A stretch of 63,731 nt of DNA, filler included, from Hyphochytrium catenoides (taxonomy: Eukaryota > Protista > Hyphochytriomycota): NCBI GenBank assembly GCA_900088475.1. It is 8 parts of 8 records of this genome, joined end to end, with 100 filler letters (N's around TTAATTAATTAA, not from the genome) between each part and the next. Parts side by side here need not be neighbours in the genome. Positions count along the whole stretch, not along the records: positions 1 to 28,506 come from FLMG01000740.1; positions 28,607 to 32,016 come from FLMG01003502.1; positions 32,117 to 33,864 come from FLMG01002034.1; positions 33,965 to 52,361 come from FLMG01002785.1; 4 more parts are not named here. The stretch is one strand, 5' to 3'. Positions 24,975 through 34,857 of this stretch are shown in pieces. Within the stretch, counting starts at the first letter, position 1, and every line of letters starts with the position of its first letter. Position numbers and translations under genes: made by a program. The notes beneath the pieces were generated by a model, which worked only from the letters and a program-made list of their open reading frames with translations, had not been told where the DNA came from and ran no database searches.

Positions 24975-26688
24975 TGTAAGGTCCTAGCAAGGCGAGAGGG
25001 GAGCTCGGGAAATGTCAAATAATGATGATACTGTTGATCGTTAGCGCGCCGCCCCAAGCCACTCCATGACCTCAGCCACTCCATGGCTCCAGGTGGAGGT
25101 CTAGGCTACTCTACTGTACTTGTACAATCCCTTACATGCCCCTCCGCAGCTCGAAGGTGAATGTGGTGTTATGGAATGATCCTGAAGAGCGAAAGGTCGT
25201 GGGAATTGTCAATTGGCAGTGTAGAGAGTCGCGATTTTTGTAACGACCCGATCATGACCATGCGCTTTGTTTCTTTGCATTCAGAAGGAAAACCTCCAGT
25301 AGTTCTGGAGAGCTGGCAGGAAACAATCTGTGGTTTATAGCGTGATAGGAAAAGCCTCCCTTCTTGTCTCTGCAAGGTGAAGGAAATAATCACTAGTTGT
25401 TGTTCTATTGGGAGGGTGGTGATAGTGGAGGGCGACGGGCTTTTTGCTCATCGCTTCTCTGCGTCCTGTGCCGGTCGTATAAGTTTCCGATGCACAATCA
25501 CAGTCTTTTGGCGTGTTTTGCCGGTCTTAGTTGTTCTTTTGTACCCAAACTTGTATGTTAAGGCGTCAACTTTTTCGAGAACTTTGTACCCTTGTTCCCG
25601 ATATGTGGCAAGCTTTTGTTTCGGCTTGGGGTTGTTGCTTTCTCTTCTTGCTGAAGAATTGAGTCAGCAGAGTTAGCTGTGTCTTTTTGTGCGTCTGCTT
25701 CTTGTTCTTTCTTTGGCTTCAGAGCTGACACGTTAAGTCGGTTGACTGATTCCCCGATGCTCAGTGCTTCGTACTCGTGCACTTGAGGTAGTCGGGGTTT
25801 TAGTAGCAGCCGGCGCTTTTGGTCTGCTAGGTGTTGCCTATACGTGATGGAGTTCTTGATGACTTCGTTGAATACTTTTGTCATGGCATCAACGTCTTGT
25901 TTTTGGCTTTGTGTACATCTTTTCTGGTGTACGATCGGAGTATGGGATTATCTCCGGTAAGCGGGGATGCATTAGATGCGCATGAATATATGAGAGTACC
26001 CAGTGCTTGATGATATACACATGGCATGTGCTTTCCAGACTGCGCTGCATTTGATATCCCAGTCGGTTTGAGTTTCGCTAACCATTTTAGATAGCATGTT
26101 GTTGAAGGTTCTTATGGTTCTTTTCAACTCGGCTTGTCTTGCCATGGCTTCCTGCGGAGCTAACACTTGCCTTTATGTCGTACATCTCACGTAAGCATTT
26201 TATCACGTCAGATAGGAAGGTTTGGTGTGGGTCGTGTTGCAGTATTTCAGGGAAGCCACCGATCGGGTCAGTGAGCCATTGATCCCATATTAGGAACGCT
26301 GTTTCTAGGGCGCTTTTGTTTTTTGCAGGTACTATTTTTGCAAAGTCGTCAAATGGGTCGTGCAATAATATGGTCGCACATGTGTTCCCTCGTTTGGTTT
26401 TGGGGAGCTTGTTTATATGGTCAAGGTTTAGTATATGGTTTCTTCGTAAGGGGATCATTGAGTATGTTTTTTTTTGAGAAAAAGCACCAAGGAAGCGGTC
26501 CGGGTTCGTTTCCCGGCGAATGCACCATCCATGTAAGGTCCTAGCAAGGCGAGAGGGGAGCTCGGGAAACGCCAGAATGATGATATTGATCGTTAGCGCG
26601 CCGCCCCAAGCCACTCAATGACCTCAGTCACTCCATGGCTCCAGGGGGAGGTCTAGGCTACTCTACTGTACTTGTACAATCCCTTACA
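24975..26688 (-). mobile_element. Internally deleted 1.7-kb Ty3/Gypsy-type LTR retrotransposon (LTR-PBS-integrase core-PPT-LTR)
   Basis: Direct repeats 24975-25136 (162 bp) and 26532-26688 (157 bp), each TGTAAGG...CCTTACA, differing by a few substitutions and two small indels. tRNA-complementary PBS next to the right LTR; purine run GGAGGGGCA (minus strand) next to the left LTR. Integrase core LNLDH...QHD-(35 aa)-E, then a frameshifted RTIRTFNNML...DWD...STGYS. Confidence 0.88.
26487..26527 (+). other. Copy of the 3' half of a mature tRNA-Gly including CCA; it is the element's extended primer-binding site on the minus strand, not a tRNA gene
   Basis: CCAA-GGAAG-CGGT-CCGGG-TTCGTTT-CCCGG-CGAATGC-A-CCA parses as anticodon positions 35-38, anticodon stem 3' strand, variable loop, perfect T-arm, acceptor 3' strand, discriminator and CCA. 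No 5' half is present upstream. Confidence 0.85.
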
Positions 26689-27392
26689 GCTACCTCGTTC
26701 TCCTCCTTCGGTAAGGTGTCATCATCATTATCAAGGTTAATGTTTCCTTCACATATCTCCCCGCATTGTCACCATTACATGAATTTTGGGCTCTGCTGGT
26801 GCGTCCGACGAATCCTGGTGCTGCACACTGATGGTGGTTAGACCTCTTGAGCCTTGAGGCCTCAGTGTCGACAAGGCCATTGCTGCTGACAAGAGTTCCT
26901 TATAGCTGTTTCCTGGTGGGTTCTGATCCTCCAGAAATCTCAGCCATCGCGACACATCTATTCTCCTGACAATTAACCGGGTCATCTTCCGCTAAGCACT
27001 CCCTCTTCCCCCATCTTTACCTTCTTCTTCTACTACTACATCATCATTCGACACAGCGTCGTGGTGCGGGCGGTGGGTGTTGTTAGAACTCTACTTTTCT
27101 TGGTGGCTGCCAATAGCTACCTGCAGTTTACCAAGTCGGTCATCGCGGGGCTGACATCTTTCTTCGCCATTTCGCACCTTTGTCATGTCCTCCGTCTGGC
27201 CTGAAACACCTCTCGTACTAGGCAACTGCATTTTCATCAGACCAGGCGATATTACCCAAAAGGGTTCTAGGCAAATCAAGTAAACAAAACAGCGTTGCCG
27301 ACTTGCTTTTGTAAAATTGTTTGGAGTACGAAGTAACACCAGGAGCTCTTCATCTCTTCCTACATGTAGAACCATCAGTATTTCCTAGATAT

Positions 27393-28409
27393 TGCTGCAG
27401 GAGTTGCGTGACATGTCACCTCCACCCTCAGCTCCTACAGCTAAAGATACTGGAAAGTAGGCGATGCGTCTCAGGTAAAATAAGGTTACAACATAAATTC
27501 GCCGGGACGCACGCAATGTGTCTCGGTTTGTGGTAATACGTCTCGCCTAACAAATTCGAGTTATGTTCATAGAAACCCTTTCGCTTTCGCTCTGACCCCT
27601 TTATATCTCCAAAGTACAAAAACAAAGACCCAAACCCAGAGAAAAAACCCAAACAGTGATTAGTGAGAATCCAAATAGTGAAATTTTGATAAACACACAG
27701 ACAGACACAAAGACAACACGAAAAAGTCCATTTGTGCTGAAGCCCCTGTGGGTTGAAATTGAGGCTCACCCTCGGGCTCGCAATAATTGTCCTTTCTCTC
27801 TTTCTATCAATAGCTTTAGGCTTCGCCTAGGGCTCGCCCGACGTTACTAGTGCGTAATCCAGCCTTCGGCTGCATTAGTAGTGGAAGATGATGCTTGTTG
27901 GACCACTGATTTAGTCGTACAAGTTCTTGTACTCGTAACTCGTAACACTAACTTGTAGGGTCATTTCTTCTATCGATATTTCCTACGAGATACGCAGGCC
28001 CACTCTCTAAAGGATCTCCCTACTCGTTCACCCACGCTCTCTACAGGAGAATAGTGAGTGAATGAGTGAGTGAGTGAGTGAATGGCGAAACTTTCTCAAC
28101 TCTCGAATGCTGCAAGAGTCGCGTGACATGTCACCTTCACCTCAGCTCCTACCGCTAAAAAGACAGGATAGTAGGTGATGCGTCTCAGGTAAAATGAGGC
28201 TACAACACAAATTCGCCTGGACTCACGCGATGTGTCTCGGTTTATAGTGATACGTCTCGCGGTACAAATTCGATTTATGTTCATACAAACCCTTTCGCTT
28301 CTTCTCTGATCCCTTTTATATCTCCAAATTACACAACAAAGACCCAAACCCGAAGAAAAAGCCCAAACAGTGATTAGTGAAAAAGCAAATAGTGAAATTT
28401 TTGATGAAC
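27393..28409. repeat. Two diverged direct copies of an approximately 300-bp non-coding repeat (27393-27694 and 28108-28409)
   Basis: Colinear from TGCTGCA.GAGT.GCGTGACATGTCACC to CAAATAGTGAAATTTT, roughly 80% identical by eye. Confidence 0.85.
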
Positions 28410-28506
28410 TTTACAGAGCTGGGTGGCAATGCCTGAAGCTTCTGTATGAGCACAATCTAGGAGGCCGTCCGCCTAAGTTTCAATGAAATTAACAAAGTTT
28501 CGTCCG

Positions 28507-28606
28507 NNNNNNNNNNNNNNNNNNNNNNNNNNNNNNNNNNNNNNNNNNNNTTAATTAATTAANNNNNNNNNNNNNNNNNNNNNNNNNNNNNNNNNNNNNN
28601 NNNNNN
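28507..28606. other. Artificial contig linker (44 N + TTAATTAATTAA + 44 N); other linker cores start at 32061, 33909, 52406, 53816, 55626 and 62563
   Basis: The same six-frame-stop 12-mer, flanked by fixed-length N runs, occurs seven times. Confidence 0.97.
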
Positions 28607-29249
28607 CGTGCAGAGATTGAGACGGGGAAAGAGACGCAGATCAATAGCCGGACGCTTACCATGGTGACTAGCTATAGGTACTAGGCTATCGAGGAGAAAA
28701 TAGAGGCGAATGAATGTCCTCTGAGCACAGCACGTGAACTGTGGAAACAAACTTCGCAGGCTAAACAAAGATGTGATGCGAATTATCCTTGCCCAAAATC
28801 ACGCCAGATGATGAGAGATTTCACTTCCTAGTATCGTGTATGCGGACCACGGCCGTGTGGAGGTTGTTTCTTCCCCTTGACAAGCTGCGCAGTTGTGTCT
28901 GCGGATCTGTGCGGCGTCAGCAGGAGATGAAGCTTGGAGCTGCAATAATCTTCAGAAAGCACGGCAATATTTCGTTGCAAATAAGGATGAAATCTTTGTT
29001 TCTTACAAACTGCATAGAGGTAGATTATAGACGGACTGAAATAAACTTCTTCGCTCGCATGTTGGAAAGATATTTTGGTAGGATAAGGCCGGATATTCTA
29101 GATTCTAGACCTCCGATCCCTGATGTATACGACACCTGTACTGGAATTGGAAGCGGGAGTCTGGCTCATAAAATCTGGAATATTCAAAATCCAATTTTAT
29201 TTTATAAAAGTTTTTTCTATAGAAGATTATAGCGAGTCTTTATAATTGA

Positions 29250-29800
29250 GAACAAGAAGAAGAAGAGGAAAAGGAAGAAGAAAAAGGAGAAGAAAAAGAG
29301 AAAAAAGAAGAAGAAGAAGAGGGAGAAGAAGAAGGAGGAGAAAGAGAATGAGAAGAAGAAGAAGAAGGAGAAGGAGAAGGAGAAGAAGGAGAAGGAGAAG
29401 AAGAAGAAGAAGAAGAAGAAGAAGGAGGAGAAAGAGAAGGAGAAGAAGGAGAAGGAGAAGGAGAAGAAGGAGAAGGAGAAGAAGAAGAAGAAGAAGAAGA
29501 AGAAGAAGAAGAAGAAGGAGGAGAAAGAGAAGGAGAAGAAGGAGAGGGAGAAGAAGAAGAAGAAGAAGAAGAAGAAGAAGGAGGAGAAGGAGAAGAAGAA
29601 GGAGAAGAAGAAGAAGAAGAAGAGGAAGAAGAAGAAGGAGGAGGAGGAGAAGGAGCAGGTGAAGGAGAAGAAGAAGAAGAAGAAAAGAAGAAGGAGAAGA
29701 AGAAGAAGAAAAACGAGAAGGAGAAGGAGAAGAAGGAGGAAGAACAAGAAGAAGGATGAAGAAGAAGAAGGAGAGGAAGGAGAGGAAAAAGAAGAGGAGA
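29250..29800 (+). repeat. Compound (GAA)n/(GGAGAA)n polypurine microsatellite
   Basis: About 550 bp made almost entirely of G and A triplets. Confidence 0.95.
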
Positions 29801-29888
29801 CAAGAGCTACAAAGCCCTGGACTCTTCAACACGTCCTCCTGCCTCAACCTCATTATCTTAAGAGGAAAAAGAATCATCATTGATCTCC

Positions 29889-30320
29889 TCAGCAATAACG
29901 ACAGGAGACTGAGGAGGACAAAGAAGGAAAAGGCGTGACGCGGAGATTATCATCATCAGGCTCAACCATACAAGCCAGGGCGGCGTCCAACTGCTGAACA
30001 GGAATACGCTTCAAAATCTGAAGGTCCATCTCTTCATGAATAGCCAGAGACGATTCTGGTGAGTTGAAGGCGTAATAAAGCCATTGATTGATGGCCAAGC
30101 GAGACCACTAACAACTGATCAAGATGCCGAGAAGCACCAAGAGCGGAGCGGTCACACGGAAGCTTCACCAGATGTCCCCACACAATCAGCGACGCCCTAG
30201 CATATCTCCCCCAAAAGACTCCCACACTAGCGGGACAAACTGCAGCCCTACAGCCTTACAAAGAACCTCATTTTTCTCCAACTTCCCGTAGCTTTCTAGA
30301 CGGACAAACGGCGTTGGGAG
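29889..30320 (-). mobile_element. Degenerate 3' fragment of a non-LTR retrotransposon with a restriction-like endonuclease (CRE-like)
   Basis: GKLEKNEVLCKAVGLQFVPLVWESFGG fits the RLE C-terminal pattern K..KY...C...G..F.PLV.E..G. It is followed, across frameshifts, by SLAIHEEMDLQILKR. Confidence 0.65.
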
Positions 30321-31458
30321 CCTGCATGGACGGCTGCAAAAAGAAGAAGAAAAGATAGCAAGAGCGACGAAGCCTGTGCCTCTTTCCCTCGGCTCTATTT
30401 CCTCTTCTCTCATTATCAGCAAAGGAAGAGTCATAGAGGATCTCCTCGCTAATAAATGAGAAGAGAAGGAGGAGCTCAATCCTCAGAGCTCCTCATCTTC
30501 CAATTATCCGATAGAATGCATTTCATAGAGATTTCTGCAGATGGCTAGATATAGGCAGCAGGCAAGAACTGGGAGAAGAAGGCAATGGAAAAGAAAGATT
30601 TTCTTTGAGGAAAAAAGGAAGAAAGGAAAGGGAAGCCAAGAAAAGGATTGACTAGTCGATTGCCTAGCTTTTCCTATAGAAGAAAGAGAAAGAAAAGAAA
30701 ATGACGAAGGAAGATGAAGTAGGGGACAATTGTCCTCTTTCCAGGGAGAAAGAATCAGTTATCCGCCGCAATAATCTTAGGGAAAAGGCGAACTCTGTCT
30801 CCTGATGAACTACTATGCTGGTAGACGGGATAAAAAAGAAGAAGGCCGTCTATTATTAGCGCTTCTCCTGCTGCTGGTCGCTTGTCACCGCTCCTTCTTC
30901 GGCTCCCGATGTCATCCTTCGATGTTCTTCAATGAAAGGGACAGACTCTTCTCTTTCTTTCCCCTCCTTTAAACAAGCGGGAGCGGCTCCTCTTTCTCTT
31001 TCATTAATAGTTCTTTGCCCTCCTGTTATCTCATCTCTCTATGGAGACATAGGCTGGTAGGAGCACACTCCTAATACACTCTCTGTTTTCTCTCTTTCTC
31101 TCTCTGTTTTTTCTCTCTCTCATTTTTTTTCTCTCTCTCTGTTTTTTCTCTCTCTCTCTCTGTGTTTTCTCTCTCTCTCTCTCTGTTTCTCTCTCTCTCT
31201 CTCTCTGTTTTCTCTCTCTTTCTCTCTGCTATCTCTCTCACTCTGCTATCTCTCTCTCTCTTTGTTTTCTCCTCTCTGTTTTCTCTCTCTCTCACACACT
31301 CACTCTCTCACTCTCCTTTCCCCCCCGCGTATTCGTCGCTCTGTCAGTGTGCAATATAAGCTATCCGTTGCTATTAGTAATCAGAACTTTCCTATCTGGA
31401 GATACGACCCAAAATGTGGGGCAAAAGAGTGGCAAAAGGGTTGAAAGAGGCAAGCGGC

Positions 31459-31523
<65 letters not shown>

Positions 31524-31582
31524 GGAAGAGAGGGAATAAAGAGAAGAAGAAGGGAGAGAGAGAGAAAGAGAGAACAAGGCAG

Positions 31583-31667
31583 CTAAGGCTCACAGGCCTC
31601 AAGGGCCACGGAGGCGAAGTATTTCACATCCTCATCCGTATCCTTAGACAGCTCGGTCAGGCACGGC
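31583..31667 (-). CDS. PPP2R1A: Last exon of protein phosphatase 2A scaffold subunit A (PR65); not in the ORF track
   Basis: CTGCAG acceptor, then PCLTELSKDTDEDVKYFASVALEACEP*, matching the final HEAT repeat P.L..L..D.D.DV.YFA..AL. The rest of the gene is lost at the contig end. Confidence 0.8.
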
Positions 31668-32116
31668 CTGCAGCGGAGAAGAGCAAAAAGAAACAGAGAG
31701 GAAAAGGAAAGGAAGGTAACGTCAGTCTGGAAATATGCTACGAAAGAGAGAAAATGAAACGCGGCAGATGAGCGGAAGACATCCCTTGAATGAGCAAGGT
31801 TAATGCACAGCTTCTTCCCGAGTCTTTCCCTCTCTCTTTGCTCTTTCTGTCTCTATCTCCGTCTCTCTCCGTTCGCTTCTCTCTGCGACTCTCGGGTGTA
31901 TGCCTTACTATTTGTCTCTCTTATAATTCATCTCCGGTCTCCTCGTCTTCTCTGCCTCAATTTGGGTCTCGTCTCTCTCTCTCTCTGCTGTCTGTCTCTC
32001 TCTCTCTCTCTCTCTCNNNNNNNNNNNNNNNNNNNNNNNNNNNNNNNNNNNNNNNNNNNNTTAATTAATTAANNNNNNNNNNNNNNNNNNNNNNNNNNNN
32101 NNNNNNNNNNNNNNNN

Positions 32117-33864
32117 TGCCGTCAGACTCCAACACCTCCCCGCAGCTCGAACTCCCTCTTGTGAAGGGTCGAAGCTGAACATTCAACAATTAATGCCCTT
32201 GACGCGGATCAGCGCGAGGAGCTAATCAACTCTCTTGGAATTGTCAGTTATACCAAGTCTCCTCCTTGTGCCGACGAAAACGAAAAAGAACCACCTCCAA
32301 AATCACAAGCAAAAGTGGCTTTCACAGAGAGCAGCAGCGCAACACGGTGGATCATTGATAGCGGTGCCACAGATCATATCACCGGCAACCGGCAGTTTTC
32401 CAGGACTACAAAGTCATAGATCCAATACCTCTACTCACCACAGCCGACAACAGAAGCGTCAAGGCCATCGGTCAAGGATCAGTCAAGCTCTCTCTCACAT
32501 CACCGACCAACCAACCGGACAGGCACCGTCACCCTTCAAAACGTCCTACATGCTTCTGGATTCACCAAAGATCTACTCTCAATCAGCAAGGAGCTTGATA
32601 AAGGTTACCACGTACTTTTTACCCAAGATGGACAGGTCTATTATCTACCGCCTAAACCTCTATCTCAGCTGCTTTCTGTTGCACCAACCCGTACCCTTGG
32701 CGAACGCATTGGGAATCTCTTTTACGTGACGGGCTCTACCTTAACAGACTGTACTCCAGCAAGCAGTTCTCCCAGTGCCTATACCACCTTATCCGATACT
32801 GAGGCAATAGACCCTTCTGCTTCCGCTATCAGCCCCCAATCAGTCACCATCTGGCATCGCAGATTGGGAATCTCAACATTCCAGATGTACGGAAATTGGC
32901 CACGGTTTCTTCAGGCATGAAGATCACCAACGACACAACGTCTCTCTGTTCGGGTTGTGTCTTGGGGAAACTGACCCAACGTAAGCTTCCTAAACAATCA
33001 CACCGTAAAACACAACGCCCCTTCAACTAGTCCGCTCCGATGTTGGCATTGTCGATACACTTAGCCTTGGCGGTCATCGTTACTTTGCGGTGGTTTTCGT
33101 CGATGACTATACTCGTCGAGTTTTTCTGTATCTCATGAAGAATAAGAGTGAGGTCATCACCCACCTCGACACCTTCATCAAGATGGCTGAGCGCCAAACA
33201 GGACTTAATGTTTAACGTATTCGAAGTGACCAAGGTGGGGAATACTGCTCAGAGGCTATGAAGGAGTATTGCAAGACACGTGGCATTCTACATGAGCTTA
33301 CAGCTCCATACAGTCCAGCGCAGAACGGAGTTGCCGAGCGACGCCAGAGGACTCTTGTGGAGTCTGCCCGGTGCATGCTACATCCTGCCAAGCTACCGCC
33401 CTCCTTTTGGAGTGAAGCTTTGTTAACGGCTGCATATGTAGGTAATCTCTCCCCAACAAGCGCCTTACATGGAGCAACTCCGTATGAAAAATGGTTCAAT
33501 GCCAAACCGGATGTTAGTCATCTCCGTGTCTTTGTTGGTTGTCTTGCCTATGGACTCGTACCGGACTCGAAGAGGCAGAAAATGGACCCCAAGTCAAAGC
33601 CTTACATCTTCGTTGGGTACCCAGACAACTCAAAGGCCTATCGACTTTATGACAGAGAGAGTGGTACCAGCATTGAGCGTAGGGACGTTGTGTTTGCTGA
33701 AGGGGAATTTGGTTCGCTACTTCAAACCTCGCCTCAGCTGCGTGACTCTGTACTCCATCCTTTGATGTACTTAGCGAGGAAGACAGCTCCCTTCCCAACA
33801 ATCCGACTCGTAAAAAGGGGATTCTGACCAACATATGTCCATCCAAGTGCCTCCCCACAACGAA
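32117..33864 (+). mobile_element. Ty1/Copia retrotransposon pol fragment (protease, GAG-pre-integrase, integrase), frameshifted
   Basis: WIIDSGATDHI near 32346, WHRRLG near 32851, VVFVDDYTR, IRSDQGGEY, TAPYSPAQNGVAERRQRTLVESARCML, FWSEALLTAAY, KMDPKSKPYIFVGY. Protease-integrase order is Copia-type. Confidence 0.95.
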
Positions 33865-34857
33865 NNNNNNNNNNNNNNNNNNNNNNNNNNNNNNNNNNNN
33901 NNNNNNNNTTAATTAATTAANNNNNNNNNNNNNNNNNNNNNNNNNNNNNNNNNNNNNNNNNNNNGTCAAGAGATGCAAGTCCAAGTAGATGGTCTTCAAG
34001 TACGGAATCACGTCTGAACGGAGGAGACCGGCGTCAGGAGGTTGGGAAACTCTGTATGGATGACAGGCAGGAAGCAGGAGCGGGCTGACAGGAAAGCGCG
34101 GCGCCTAGACGGGAGACTTAGACTGTGAGACGTCGAGAAGAATCAGATTTGCCTTTCAAGGTCTGTTCCCGCTAACTTTTCTCCATCCCAAGCTATCGTC
34201 GACTTTTCTTCCCCTTCCTGAAGGAGAGCGAGACCGAGAGAGTAGAGGTACAGTAACGCATAGAATGTCTCTATGAAGTGGAAGACCGAGCGGTGGAAGG
34301 TGAGAAGATGGTTCTGCAAGGAAGAAGCAGGGGATAGGGCGGTAGGTCTCTCTCTCCACAAGGAAATGCGATACAAGCTTTGGTGGCGCGTTTTGAGATT
34401 TTGAATGAGCTTTCAAAATGTACCCGTACCGTGCGCACAGGAGTAAACTATCACCTTGATAGGTATATCGGCGCACATTCACACTAATAGAGTGCGCTAT
34501 ATTTGGGGGGAAATTTTGCCAGATGCAAGGAGGGAAGCGGCGACCTTAGACCTGGAGGAAGTGTGAAGTTTGAAACGAAGGGAAACGCGCCAATTTGTCG
34601 ACAAAGGAGATAGATTCTACTCCGGAGTACATCAGCTCACCAGCTGCGGCTGCGACGGCGTGCTCATCACTCATCACTATTCTAACCTTTTGCACCTCGT
34701 CCAGCCCCGACCCTTCCCACAGCTTCAGTTCCCGAACTAGGAGCGTCCTCCTACGCTATGAGCAGAAGGTTTCAGAGGGGTCTAGCCTTTTTACTCTCCT
34801 CACCCGTTTGCATCCTCACACTTTCAGTTGCATGAGACACATATTGCTTAACCGAAA

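Noticed and set aside
26487-26527. Functional tRNA-Gly gene
   Set aside because: No 5' half or D-arm, CCA is encoded, and it sits at the PBS position of an LTR element.
28551-28562. TTAATTAATTAA as a biological repeat, CRISPR repeat or piggyBac target
   Set aside because: It is always flanked by exactly 44 Ns on each side, which marks an assembly linker.
29217-29895. Poly-Phe, poly-Leu, poly-Ser and poly-Arg ORFs
   Set aside because: Six-frame read-through of a GAA/GGA microsatellite.
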